A DNA stretch of 63,997 nucleotides, filler included, from Octopus bimaculoides (taxonomy: Eukaryota), in assembly GCF_001194135.2 (NCBI RefSeq). It is 6 parts of 6 records of this genome, joined end to end, with 100 filler letters (N's around TTAATTAATTAA, not from the genome) between each part and the next. Parts side by side here need not be neighbours in the genome. Positions count along the whole stretch, not along the records: positions 30,064 to 47,723 come from NC_068994.1; positions 47,824 to 53,214 come from NC_069009.1; 4 more parts are not named here. The stretch is one strand, 5' to 3'. Positions within the stretch are counted from its first letter, which is position 1. The number at the start of each line of letters is the position of its first letter. Shown in pieces: positions 37,817-50,541 of the stretch. Position numbers and translations under genes: made by a program. Below the pieces are notes generated by a model that searched no databases, was not told where the DNA came from, and saw only the letters and a program-made list of their open reading frames with translations.

Positions 37817-39880
37817 TCAATGTCCCCTTCTTTTTTTTTTTCTATGTTTGCATGGGTCGGACATAATTTGTCCAGGCAGTCTTTTCTACAGCCTGATAAA
37901 TAATGCACTTAACTCTTCATCTCTTAACTATAGAACTATAGTACGAGACATACAAGGAATATAAAAACAAGATGCTCCACGGTGAGAATGCCTTCGATCA
38001 AAGGTCTGTCTGTTCAATTAGCGCCAATTTGGAGCTATATAACTACAAATATAGCAATATACTATCACACACACACACACACACACAGGGTCCATTTTTT
38101 CTTTTAAATCTTTTAATCAGGAAACAACAGAGACTATGACCTTTTGGTAGGGCCTCCAATACTCGACGGAAGCAGGGAAAGTGAGAGATGATATCCTCAA
38201 ACTGGAGGCATGACCCAAAAGCTTGCAAACGGAGTGGACTCTGCAAAAGGCATCCAAGGTGGACGGTGGTGGAATCAGACCAGGACCAGCTCTCTATCAT
38301 CTCGTATCACAGCTCTCGACTGGTACAACCATACATCACCCCTCACCCCCACACACACACACATTCTCAAACACCCACATACTTTCTACCAGTTGTTGAC
38401 ACTAGCACACCAGCTACACCACCACCACCAGCACCGGTAACACCATGATAATAGGAGACCAGCAGGTCTTTGATCCAGGAAACCAAGCCTTCAATGACAA
38501 CATAACGGTAAGTTCTGTAGCATCGGACATGTCACGAAACTTGGTGGCAGAGCAAAGACTGGATGGGGGTCGGCAAGGAAGAAGAGGGTGGCGGAAAAAA
38601 ACTATAAGACTATTTTATTTGTTCAGCTATATTTAGTAACTTGACCCCCTCGTGGGCTGGTAAGGGACATTATAATTAAAGTACATATGTAGGAGTAAGT
38701 TTGTGTACACATATATATACACATATATATACACAGGGTGTTTATACTTGAATATGTGCATGCATGTGTGTATATTAGATACTGAGTTGAAAAATTCCAT
38801 TAACTAAGATTAATCCAAACAATTATCAGAAAAATCTCCCCCCTGGGAGCATTTGAAATCTACAAACAACATGCAGAACACCCATCCCTTGAGGTATTTC
38901 CCTTCGTCCATATATGCATATCAGTATATATGCATGTTTGTATGTGTGTATATATGCATGTATGTACGTGTGTCCTCATTGTTTAACACCCACTTTTCCT
39001 TGATTGCACGAGTCAGATGAGGAATTTGCAGAGGCAAAATTTTCTACAGTTGGATGCCCTTCCTGTTGCATACCCTTGCCTGTTTCATTTCCTTTGGCCA
39101 GACAAACTTTTGGAAATGAAGGACAGTGCTTGCATGATGGTGACATTCATACTATCTCAACTATCACATGAAGTCAAAGTAAGGAGACAGTAACACACAC
39201 ACACACACACACACACACTCTCTCATACTCACATGCACAGACAGACACACACACACGGACTCTTTCAGTTTCCATCTAGCAAATCAACTCACAAGGATTT
39301 GGTTGGCCTGAAGCTATAGTAGAAGACTTGCCCAAGGTGCCATGCAGTGGGACTGAACTTGGAACCATGTGGTTGGAAGCAAACTTCAGCACAGTTACAC
39401 CTGAGACATCATCATCATCATCATCATATAACATCCGCTTTCCATGCTAGCATGGGTTGGACGATTTGTCTGATGACTGGCAAACCAGATGGCTGCACCA
39501 GGCTCCAATCTGATTTGGCAGAGTTTCTACAGCTGGATGCCCTTCCTAATGCCAACCACTCCGAGACTGTAGTAGGTGCTTTTACGTGCCACCGGCACAA
39601 CATTACACCTTGGCTGACCCTAAGTCATGTAACACAATGCCAGACCCCTAATCCCAACAAAGATTTTTTTCTTTTTTAAAATGATTTTAAATTTCAAGTT
39701 ATGTACCTGGTCTAAATATCTAATTTCTATGAAAAACTATGACCCCACTCCTTATCTAAACACTTTATCCCTTCCTAGTTCCCACTTACTAGCTAACAAC
39801 GCTCCCCACCTCCAATGAGAATGGTAACACACAAGTTAAGAACCATTACATTAGAAAATGTCATCTTATCTACACAAAGT

Positions 39881-40131
39881 GGAGGCGCAATGGCCCAGTG
39901 GTTAGGGCAGCGAACTCGCGGTCATAGGATCGCGGTTTTGATTCCCAGACCGGGCATTGTGAGTGTTTATTGAGCGAAAACACCTAAAAGCCCCACGAGG
40001 CTCCGGCAGGGGATGGTGGCGAACCCTGCTGTACTCTTTCACCACAACATTCTCTCATTATTTCTTCCTGTTTCTGTTGTACCTGTAATTCAAAGGGGTC
40101 AGCCTTGTCACACTGTGTCACGCTGAATATC
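39881..40131 (+). mobile_element. Family C SINE running into a gap
   Basis: Aligns to 1140-1390. Confidence 0.85.
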
Positions 40132-42162
40132 NNNNNNNNNNNNNNNNNNNNNNNNNNNNNNNNNNNNNNNNNNNNNNNNNNNNNNNNNNNNNNNNNNNNN
40201 NNNNNNNNNNNNNNNNNNNNNNNNNNNNNNNNNNNNNNNNNNNNNNNNNNNNNNNNNNNNNNNNNNNNNNNNNNNNNNNNNNNNNNNNNNNNNNNNNNNN
40301 NNNNNNNNNNNNNNNNNNNNNNNNNNNNNNNNNNNNNNNNNNNNNNNNNNNNNNNNNNNNNNNNNNNNNNNNNNNNNNNNNNNNNNNNNNNNNNNNNNNN
40401 NNNNNNNNNNNNNNNNNNNNNNNNNNNNNNNNNNNNNNNNNNNNNNNNNNNNNNNNNNNNNNNNNNNNNNNNNNNNNNNNNNNNNNNNNNNNNNNNNNNN
40501 NNNNNNNNNNNNNNNNNNNNNNNNNNNNNNNNNNNNNNNNNNNNNNNNNNNNNNNNNNNNNNNNNNNNNNNNNNNNNNNNNNNNNNNNNNNNNNNNNNNN
40601 NNNNNNNNNNNNNNNNNNNNNNNNNNNNNNNNNNNNNNNNNNNNNNNNNNNNNNNNNNNNNNNNNNNNNNNNNNNNNNNNNNNNNNNNNNNNNNNNNNNN
40701 NNNNNNNNNNNNNNNNNNNNNNNNNNNNNNNNNNNNNNNNNNNNNNNNNNNNNNNNNNNNNNNNNNNNNNNNNNNNNNNNNNNNNNNNNNNNNNNNNNNN
40801 NNNNNNNNNNNNNNNNNNNNNNNNNNNNNNNNNNNNNNNNNNNNNNNNNNNNNNNNNNNNNNNNNNNNNNNNNNNNNNNNNNNNNNNNNNNNNNTATTTG
40901 ATGGTATGCAATGTCAATCAAGCTCAACAAAACAGGGAAATCTTAGAATTCCATTCCACCAGCCATCAACATTTCACATAAGTTATTTTGAAAAAAAAAA
41001 ATGATGCACCAAATTCACAAAGCAACCAACCAGCCTGTTGGAAACAAAAATAAGGTTAGCCAAGTTGGACTGTGGCATCAAAGACAACCAACCAACCACT
41101 CAAAGATCAGGCTATGTTAGTACTTGTAACAAGGGAAATAAGCTAACTGAGATACCATTCTGTTACACCGAAAATGCCTGGCACTTAGAACTGCTCAATG
41201 TGTCAGCTGTAAAAATGGTAAAGTAATTTGTGGAATCCATCAATAGTGATAAGATATCCACCTGGTGCTTGCTGAAAACTTGTTTGTGTATGCGAGGTGA
41301 GATTAATAATATAGGTAGGTGGGGGGGGGGGACAGTGTTGTCACATCAGTCAAAATTAGAATCAGAACTCTGATCCTACAGACATTAACAAGAAGTCAGG
41401 ACTGATCAAGGACCCTGGTTTGTGTCCGAGACTGACAGGAAACTCAACTGACATGAAACTGGACCCTGCAAGACTGAGCAAAGATTATGACTCAAGCTCT
41501 AGAGTTAACTGTAATAACTTCCTACTGCTACAAGAGGGCAGTGCCAATGGTTTTCGCAGAATCACCTAGATCAACTAGAGTGATGACATTAGCTTTTAGC
41601 AATGGCCAGTCTAAAAAATATCATAGTGGAATTGAACTCGGAACCTTGTGGTTGCAAAGCCAACTATCTTAACCATTAGGCCACATTCTGCCTACCTTAC
41701 CTTTAGTAACTACCAGCTAAACAGGAAAAATAAGAAATTAAATATATAAAAATTTAAAAAAAAAAAAAAAACTTAAACCAAAAACAAACCCTAACACAGA
41801 CATCAAGAATGTCACCGAAAACTAATTTGATAGGAATGTGTCTCTAGGAGGAACAAAGCTGGTTTGGCAAACAGGGGTCAGATTCTCTGACCTTTAAGGT
41901 TCCAGTGTTGAAAAAACAGAACCAGGAATACCATCAAATTTATTGTAGAGATATTTGGTTTTTTTTTTTATGTTTTTTTTTGTTCTTTTTTTTCTTCTCT
42001 AAACCATGTAAGCCAAAACTTGGCATCAACCCATTCAACAAAAGGTCAAAGATTTTCTTTTGTTATGCTTTGCAATAGATTTTTTTTTAATTTTAGCCTG
42101 TTCAACACAGCCAAATCCACAAAGCCAGGGCCAGGTTTCAATTTCTACTCAAGGTAACTTAA

Positions 42163-42387
42163 CCCTTCCTTTCATTACAATATTCCTATTAAAATATGCT
42201 GCTTTTGTTTCAATTAATTTTGAAAATAATGAAGAATTTATTAAAATAATTAATTATTATTAAACTGGAGTTTTGGAATAAATTAACATGAAATTTTGAA
42301 AGAAAGTTTTAATTTAGATCGCTTTGAAATAGTAAAATTTTATCATAGAAACATGAGCAATCTCTGGTGAGTTGGTATCAGAAAGGT
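42163..42387. mobile_element. Possible piggyBac-type AT-rich MITE
   Basis: TTAA|CCCTTCC at the left and GGTATCAGAAAGG(T)TTA at the right; degenerate. Confidence 0.4.
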
Positions 42388-42394
42388 TTACATA

Positions 42395-43118
42395 GGTGCA
42401 GGTGTGGCCGTGTGGTAAGAAGCTTGCTTCCCAACCACGTGGTTCTGGGTTCAGTCCCACTGCATGGCACCATGGGCAAGTGTCTTCTACTATAGCCTCG
42501 GCCTGACCAAAGCCTTGTGAGTGGATTTAGTAGACAGAAACTGAAAGAAGCCAGTCATATATATGTAAATATATATGTATATGTTTGTGTGTCTGTGTTT
42601 GTCCCCTCAACATCGTTTGACAACCGATGCTGGTGTGTTTACATCCCCGTAACTTAGCGGTTCGGCAAAAGAGACCGATAGAATAAGTACTAGGCTTACA
42701 AAGAATAAGTCCTGGGGTCGATTTACTCGACTAAAATAAGGTGGTGCTCCAGCATGGCCGCAGTCAAATGACTGAAACAAGTAAAAGAGTAAAAGAGTAT
42801 AGGTGCGGGCGTGGCCGTGTGGTAAGAAGCTTGCTTCCCAACTACATGTTTCTGGGTTCAGTCCCACTGCATGGCACCATGGGCAAGTGTCTTCTACTAG
42901 AGCCTCAGGCCGACTAAAGCCTTGTGAGTGGATTTGATTGACAGAAACTGTATGTAAGCGTGTGTGTAAATGTTGCGTACGTGTGTGTGTGTGTGTGGTG
43001 TGTGCCCCATCACCGATTGACAGCTAGTGTTGTCCCGGGGTCAATTTGTTCAACTAAAACACTTCGAGGTACTGCTCCAGCATGGCTGCAGTCAAATGAC
43101 GGAAACAAGTAAAAGAAT
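42395..43118 (+). mobile_element. Head-to-tail dimer of family A CORE-SINE (first copy full length, 42395-42799)
   Basis: tRNA-like head (tggccgtgtggtaag / gggttcagtccc), CORE-like ccatgggcaagtg, internal TA/TG tract, tail ending (gtaaaaga)n; a second head follows at once at ~42800. Confidence 0.88.
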
Positions 43119-43834
43119 TGGTTAAGTCACTGAGGGAGCCACCGTGCAGTAACTAAGTCTGCTAGAAATAGCAGTCAAATATCCCAAGAATCAGAGTCAT
43201 AGCTGGAATTCATTTAACCATAGGCTTGATTAACCAGGTGTGTGGTGTCTTCAAGCTAAGTAACAAAATCCAATTCCATTGAGCAGCAAATAGGTACCAA
43301 AGGATGAAACAATTTTGTTCACCTAGATGTAAAGACACACCAGAAAGAAAATAGCTCAATCCACCTTGCCGTAAATAGGAACCACGAAGTCACATAACCC
43401 AGTCCACATCTCTATAAAAGGGTGACACTACAGGAAATAGTGGCCTCTGAGTAAAGAACTGTAAAGAATTTAATCTAAAGGTTATAGTTCAGAGGATATT
43501 TCTTAACCGTTCCACTAAAAAAACTGAATTTCATGGTAATTCCAAGAATGATGTTAAATATCTACCAGAAAATAGGATTGGTATTTTCTGCAAGTCATGT
43601 CTCAAAACTTGACATATCTCAATACGAAATAGAAGAAAAAAAAAGATAGATTGGCATATAAAACTGCTTTCTGCGGTTAAGGGTAACGGAATTTGGAGTG
43701 GTCATATCTGATTTCTGCATTAAAAGGGTTCCACGTTTGTGATGTCTGACAGATTTAGCACTGCCAAACCTTTCAAAGATGGTATTTATGATGCGTTTTA
43801 TCGTGAATGAAATTTCACTTTATCAAAGAGAAAG

Positions 43835-44089
43835 TTAAAAGATGAACTGAAGGCAAGAATTATAGAAGCATTGACCAACTTAAATAAGGAGACTGTCCAG
43901 AAGAGTTGCAGGAGATTCCGAAGTCGTCTGGAGGCCGTGGTTGAAGCCAATGGCGATTTTATTGAATAAATTTACTCTTTTAATATTTCAAGCTATTTTT
44001 ATGTAATTTTGGTAAATATATCTGTTAAAATGAGATGTCAGTGATATTTTCATTTTTGCGTAATTTAGATGACAATTTATTCTCCACAC

Positions 44090-44093
<4 letters not shown>
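43835..44093 (+). mobile_element. Tc1/mariner-superfamily transposon 3' end
   Basis: KDELKARIIEALTNLNKETVQKSCRRFRSRLEAVVEANGDFIE* followed by a terminal ...ctccacaccctg. Confidence 0.75.
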
Positions 44094-44176
<83 letters not shown>

Positions 44177-45483
44177 CTTTGCTTCCCACTATCATTTGTC
44201 AACCGATGTTGGTTCGTTTGTGTCCTCATAATTTAGTAGTTCAGTACAAGAGATCGATAGAATAAATAAGGAGTCTGATTTGTTTGACTAAGATTTTTTA
44301 AGGTAGGACCCCAGCATGGCCATGGACAAATGACTGAAACAAGTAAATGATATAAATCTTTAATCTTTTATTTGTTTCAATCATTAGTCTGTGGCCATGC
44401 TGGGGCACTGCCTTGAATTTTTAGCCAAATAATATCAACCCCAGTACTTTATATTTTTTTAAGCCTGGTATTTATTCTATCAGTCACTTTTGCTGAACCC
44501 CTAAGTTACAAGGATGTAAATACACCAACACCAACTGTGAAGCAGTGGTGGAAGACGAAGCACAGACAAGCTTCTTTCAGTTTCCGTCTACCAAGTCCAT
44601 TCACGAAGAGAGCTTCGGTCAGCCCAAGGTTATAGAAGAAGATACTTACTTATGGTGTCACAGGTGCCATACAGTGGAACTGTATCTGGAACCAAGGCGA
44701 TGGGTAGCAAGCTTCTAACCACACATACACACACACGCACACACACACACTACACCATTCTGAACACACAGCAGTAATACCCAGTGGTGACAGGCTGGCT
44801 GTAGTTATCTGCAACATTGATACCAGCGAGGACAGATGACATCATCCGGAAGAGACAGACAGACGTGTGATTAAGAAACCAAGTATTAGCATTACAAACC
44901 AAACCAAACCAAACTACACTGAGGAATTACAGATCTACTCATAAGACATGCACACACAGACCTTTTTTCCTAAAGTGAACATCTATCTATGTTCTAGACA
45001 CACAAAAGCATTCTTAGTACACCCCTTATATAAATAATTATACAAAAGCCATGCTACTAGGAAAGCATACATTCAACACATACACATGTCTAAGACATCT
45101 ATATATGGATACACCTACACATATACAAAACATACAAGAAGATATTACAGTCATTTACTGTCTTGTTTTTAAATTGTTTTAGTCATTGGATTGTGGTCAT
45201 GCTGGGGCACCACCTTCAAAGATTTAGTTGAATAAATTGACACTAGTACTTAGTCAGGCAAATTGACCCCAAAACTTATTTTTTAAAGCCTAGTATTTAA
45301 TTGGTCAGTTTTGCTGAACTGCTAAGTTATGGGGACCTAAATACACCAACACTGGTTGTCAACTGGTGATGGGTTGGGGTGGCACGCACGCATACAGACA
45401 CACATAATGAGCTTCCAGTTTCTGTCTACCAAGTCCACTCACAAGGCTTTGGTTGACCTGAGGTTGTATTAGAAAACATATAA

Positions 45484-45865
45484 CAGGTTGAGTAAAAAGT
45501 AAGCAACATTTTCAACCATGAAGAATTTGTACCAGATTTTTGCAGAGTTTTGAAGTTTTTAAAACATTTTTTTGCAATTGTCTGATAATATAGACATAGA
45601 CTTGCCTAAATGCATCAGTAAGTTAGCATTGATATTTTTTCCCTGTTGTTACAATAATCTGAAATGGAAATGTCAAAGCGCAATATTCGAGCAATTTTGC
45701 TATTCAACTTCAAAAAAAAAATGTAAAGCAGCTGAAACTGCTCGCGACATCAACGAAACATTTGGTGAGGAAATGACCAGTGAGTGGTCAGCTCAAAAAT
45801 GGTTTAAACGATTTCGCAATGGACACCTGAGCCTTGAAGATCGTGAGCGTAGTGGATGCCCATCT
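45484..45865 (+). mobile_element. Mariner 5' end with transposase N-terminal HTH (SETMAR/Hsmar-like), truncated
   Basis: TIR-like caggttgagtaaaaagta; KAAETARDINETFGEE...AQKWFKRFRNGHLSLEDRERSGCPS. Confidence 0.8.
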
Positions 45866-47767
45866 GGATGCCCTTCAAGGCAGTGCTCCAGTAAGGCCAT
45901 AGTCAAATGACTGTAACATAAAAGAATAGCATGGACATTAAATGATAATAATGGTATACATATCACACACACACACATGACAGGCCTCTTTCAGATTCCA
46001 TCTACCAAAGCCTTATGAATGGATTTGGTAGACAGAGGAGTTTCAGATAATTCCCACAAGTCAACTGTTTCTTCATAACTTTCAGAAAAATTTATATTTC
46101 CTAAATGAAATTTTCTACAAATACCTTTCAGATGGTGTAGATTACAATTATATTGGAATTTAATGTAAAGAAAGGAAAAAGAAAAAAATTTAGTGGATAC
46201 ACACACACACACACACTAATAATGTCTGTTTTTAGTTTCATTTTATAGATATATGTAATGTGTGTCAGTATGGATATGAGAGTGACCACCAACTTCAGGA
46301 CTGGGAAGGCGAGGAGACACTTATGTAGGCATGCAGAATTTGAAGAGCTGTTGTCCTTTTTGGTTTGTTTATTATTATTTTTTTCCTTTTACTTGTTTCG
46401 GTCATTTGACCGCAGCCATGCTGGAGCACCGCCTTTAGTCGAACAAATCGACCACAGGACTTATTCTTTGGAAGCCTAGTACTTATTCTATCGGTCACTT
46501 TTGCCGAATCGCAAAACACAACAACATCGGTTGTTAAGTGACAGTGGGGGGGACAAACACAGACACACAAATACAAANNNNNNNNNNNNNNNNNNNNNNN
46601 NNNNNNNNNNNNNNNNNNNNNNNNNNNNNNNNNNNNNNNNNNNNNNNNNNNNNNNNNNNNNNNNNNNNNNNNNNNNNNNNNNNNNNNNNNNNNNNNNNNN
46701 NNNNNNNNNNNNNNNNNNNNNNNNNNNNNNNNNNNNNNNNNNNNNNNNNNNNNNNNNNNNNNNNNNNNNNNNNNNNNNNNNNNNNNNNNNNNNNNNNNNN
46801 NNNNNNNNNNNNNNNNNNNNNNNNNNNNNNNNNNNNNNNNNNNNNNNNNNNNNNNNNNNNNNNNNNNNNNNNNNNNNNNNNNNNNNNNNNNNNNNNNNNN
46901 NNNNNNNNNNNNNNNNNNNNNNNNNNNNNNNNNNNNNNNNNNNNNNNNNNNNNNNNNNNNNNNNNNNNNNNNNNNNNNNNNNNNNNNNNNNNNNNNNNNN
47001 NNNNNNNNNNNNNNNNNNNNNNNNNNNNNNNNNNNNNNNNNNNNNNNNNNNNNNNNNNNNNNNNNNNNNNNNNNNNNNNNNNNNNNNNNNNNNNNNNNNN
47101 NNNNNNNNNNNNNNNNNNNNNNNNNNNNNNNNNNNNNNNNNNNNNNNNNNNNNNNNNNNNNNNNNNNNNNNNNNNNNNNNNNNNNNNNNNNNNNNNNNNN
47201 NNNNNNNNNNNNNNNNNNNNNNNNNNNNNNNNNNNNNNNNNNNNNNNNNNNNNNNNNNNNNNNNNNNNNNNNNNNNNNNNNNNNNNNNNNNNNNNNNNNN
47301 NNTGGCACCTTGGGCAAGTGTCTTCTACTATTGCGACCAAAGCCTTGTGAGTGGATTTGGTAGACGGAAACTGAAAGAAGCTTGTCATATATATGTATAT
47401 ATATTTATATGTGAGCGTGTCTGTGTTTGTCCCCCCAACATCGTTTGACAACCGATGGTGGTGTGTTTATGTCCCCATAACATAGCGGTTCGGCAAAAAA
47501 GAGACCGATAGAATAAGTACTAGGCTTCAAAAGAATAAGTCCGGAGGTCGAATTGCTCGACTAAAGGCAGTGCTCCAGCATGGCTGCAGTCAAATGACTG
47601 AAACAAGTAAATGAGTAAAAGAGTATATTAAGATAGGGGGGAGGGGAATAGAAAAAAAATTGACCTCATTTGTGAAAAATTTAGGACCTGGGTTTGCACC
47701 CATTAAGCACATTTCATTCTAGCNNNNNNNNNNNNNNNNNNNNNNNNNNNNNNNNNNNNNNNNNNNN

Positions 47768-47779
47768 TTAATTAATTAA
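47768..47779. other. Artificial scaffold-join linker
   Basis: 44N-TTAATTAATTAA-44N. Confidence 0.97.
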
Positions 47780-48049
47780 NNNNNNNNNNNNNNNNNNNNN
47801 NNNNNNNNNNNNNNNNNNNNNNNAATTACAGGCACAACAGAAACAGGAAGAAAGAATGAGAGAAAGTTGTGGTGAAAGAGTACAGCAGGGTTTGCCACCA
47901 TCCCCTGCCGGAGCCTCGTGCAACTTTTAGGTGTTTTCGCTCAATAAACACTCACAACGCCCGGTCTTGGAATCGAAACCGCGATCCTATGACCGCGAGT
48001 CTGCTGCCCTAACCACTGGGCCATATATATATATATATATATATAATGT

Positions 48050-48655
48050 TTATTACTGGTGAAGGCCGGTTTATAGGGTTACCCTGGGTTTCTCGCCATA
48101 AGGGGTACCTTTATGGCGTATCTTCAGACCCTAAGACTGTTGGCCTATGACCTCTTTAAAATATGGAGGGAAATATGATACAGATATAAACAATGGGGAT
48201 TATCTCCCTTTGGTGTTGGTCATCAGCTTCTGGCTGTGTTGTCCTCTGTCAGCTATGCCACCTGTTGGCTATGAAGGTAAAAGGTAGGGGGGTTATCTCC
48301 CACCCTCATCAGCAATCAATATCCGGCTGTGGTGTAATTATTGCTAATACCGCTATTATCGCTATTATGGGGTTCCCAAAACACTAACAAGAATGGCCTG
48401 AAAAATCTCCATTCTGGTACGTGCGATTTCCATGTGTTCGGTTACGCATAGCTTGCTGCGTTTCGTTCCATTTATGTACGGACGCGAATGGTGAAGTATT
48501 TTCCATGATATCAAGTATGGAATTCCATCTTCCTTCAGTTGCCAGATAAGGCAGGCCAGCAATGTTACATATCTCCTTTCCAGGACCTTGAAGGAGGATC
48601 TATGGTTGGAAAGGCATTTCTTAAAGGAAGTTCCCGCACATCCAAAGAATAAACA
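48050..48655 (-). mobile_element. Penelope-like element: GIY-YIG C-terminal part plus 3' tail
   Basis: LFFGCAGTSFKKCLSNHRSSFK...LACLIWQLKEDGIPYLISWKILHHSRPYINGTKRSKLCVTEHMEI, then a tail carrying CTGATGA/CTGAAGA motifs. Confidence 0.85.
48074..48133 (-). ncRNA. Type I hammerhead ribozyme in Penelope tail
   Basis: Minus strand tagggt-CTGAAGA-t(a)cgccataa-aggtacccc-ttatggcga-GAAA-cc-cag-g-GTA-acccta: 6-bp stem I, 9-bp stem II with one bulge, quasi-palindromic stem III, GUA cleavage between 48080 and 48079. Confidence 0.8.
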
Positions 48656-48719
48656 TATTTAATTGATTGTCAGCTCATCATTTCTTACTTTCTCTCTTTC
48701 TCCCTCTTTTTTTTCTCAG

Positions 48720-48851
48720 ATAATCACAGTGGGAGGCACAACTGGCTGGAGCCCCAACAGTACAGACATCAGCAATTTATCCATTGTCCAGGGAGACATG
48801 TTAGGGTTTGTCTATGGAGCCACAGAGAATGTCATCTTACTGAAGGATAAG
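48720..48851 (+). CDS. Exon A of phytocyanin/ENODL-like cupredoxin-domain membrane protein (phase 0-0, 132 bp)
   Basis: Long polypyrimidine tract ...ttttctcAG|, donor AAG|gtgagt; encodes IITVGGTTGWSPNSTDISNLSIVQGDMLGFVYGATENVILLKDK. Confidence 0.85.
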
Positions 48852-49895
48852 GTGAGTTAGACTGGATTCTTCTCTTCCTCTACGGGCTTCTTTCAGTTTC
48901 CGTCTACCAAATCCACTCACAAGGCTTTGGTCGGCCCGAGGCTATAGTAGAAGACACTTGCCCAAGGTGCCACGCAATGGGACTGAATCCAGAACCATGT
49001 CNNNNNNNNNNNNNNNNNNNNNNNNNNNNNNNNNNNNNNNNNNNNNNNNNNNNNNNNNNNNNNNNNNNNNNNNNNNNNNNNNNNNNNNNNNNNNNNNNNN
49101 NNNNNNNNNNNNNNNNNNNNNNNNNNNNNNNNNNNNNNNNNNNNCTCTACGGGCTTCTTTCAGTTTCCGTCTACCAAATCCACTCACAAGGCTTTGGTCG
49201 GCCCGAGGCTATAGTAGAAGACACTTGCCCAAGGTGCCACGCAATGGGACTGAATCCAGAACCATGTCGTTCGTAAGCAAGCTAGTTACCACACAGCCAC
49301 TCCTACGATTATAATAATAATTATATATTATTATCTATATTGATTTCAAATTTTGGCTCAAGGTCAGTAATTTCAGGGAAGGGAGGGATAAATCAACTGG
49401 AATTTAAGTTATCGGCCCCAAAAGGATGAAAGGCAAAAATCAACCTCAGTGGAATTTGAACTCAGAACTTGAAGCCGGATGAATTGGTGCTAAGCATTTC
49501 ACCCTGTGTCCTAATGGTTCCGCCAGCTTGCTACATTATGTTATTGTATAAAAGGCACTCCGTCGCTTACGACGTCGAGGGTTCCAGTTGATCCGATCAA
49601 CAGAACAGCCTGCTCGTGAAATTAACGTGCAAGTGGCTGAGCACTCCACAGACACGTGTACAGCATCCCCTGCCGGAGCCTCGTAGGGCTTTAGGTGTTT
49701 TTCGCTCAATAAACACTCACAACACCCAGTCTGGGAATTGAAACCATGATCCTATGACCGCGAGTCCGCTGCCTTAACCACTGGACCATTGCGCCGCCAC
49801 TTTATTGTATATATTGGTATGCAACCAATATATTATTTCTCCTGTCTATCAATCTATTAATTATCTCTTTCTCTCTCTCTCTCCCCTATTTACAG

Positions 49896-50070
49896 GACCA
49901 CTTCCAGAGATGTGACTTCACTGACAGCCGACCTATAGGTAACAAACTACTGCCGTCAGAGAGTAAAGGCACAGTTCTACACCCGTTTCCCAAACCTGGA
50001 ACATTTTACATTGCGTCACAGTCTTCCTGCAATTCCACGCAGCCCCTGAAAATGGTCTTGACAGTTATTG
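49896..50070 (+). CDS. Exon B of the same gene (phase 0-1, 175 bp)
   Basis: ...cccctatttacAG|, donor TG|gtgagt; encodes DHFQRCDFTDSRPIGNKLLPSESKGTVLHPFPKPGTFYIASQSSCNSTQPLKMVLTVI. Confidence 0.85.
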
Positions 50071-50541
50071 GTGAGTTCAGTTGATCCCTTTTTTTGCACT
50101 TGTTGCTGCTGGTGTTGGTGTTGGTGTTGTTTGCCACCATGGTGAAGGTGGTGGTGGTGGTGGTGGTGTGTAGTGGTGGGGGGTTGTAGTGGTTTGGGAT
50201 TGGAGATGTGTAGGGATAGTGGTGGTGGTGGTGGTGGTGGTGGTACCCACTACCACCACATCCACTACCGCCACAACCACTACCACCACAACCACTACCA
50301 CCACAGCCACAACCACTGCAACCACCACAGCCACTACCACCACAACCACCACAACCACTACCGCCACAACCACTACCACCACAACCACTACCGCCACAAC
50401 CACTACCGCCACAACCACTACCGCCACAGCTACTATCACCACAACCACTACCACCACAACCACTACCACCACAGCCACTACCACCACCTTAGCATCCATT
50501 CATTACAATATATTTCTTTGTCTCTCTTTCTCTATTAACAG

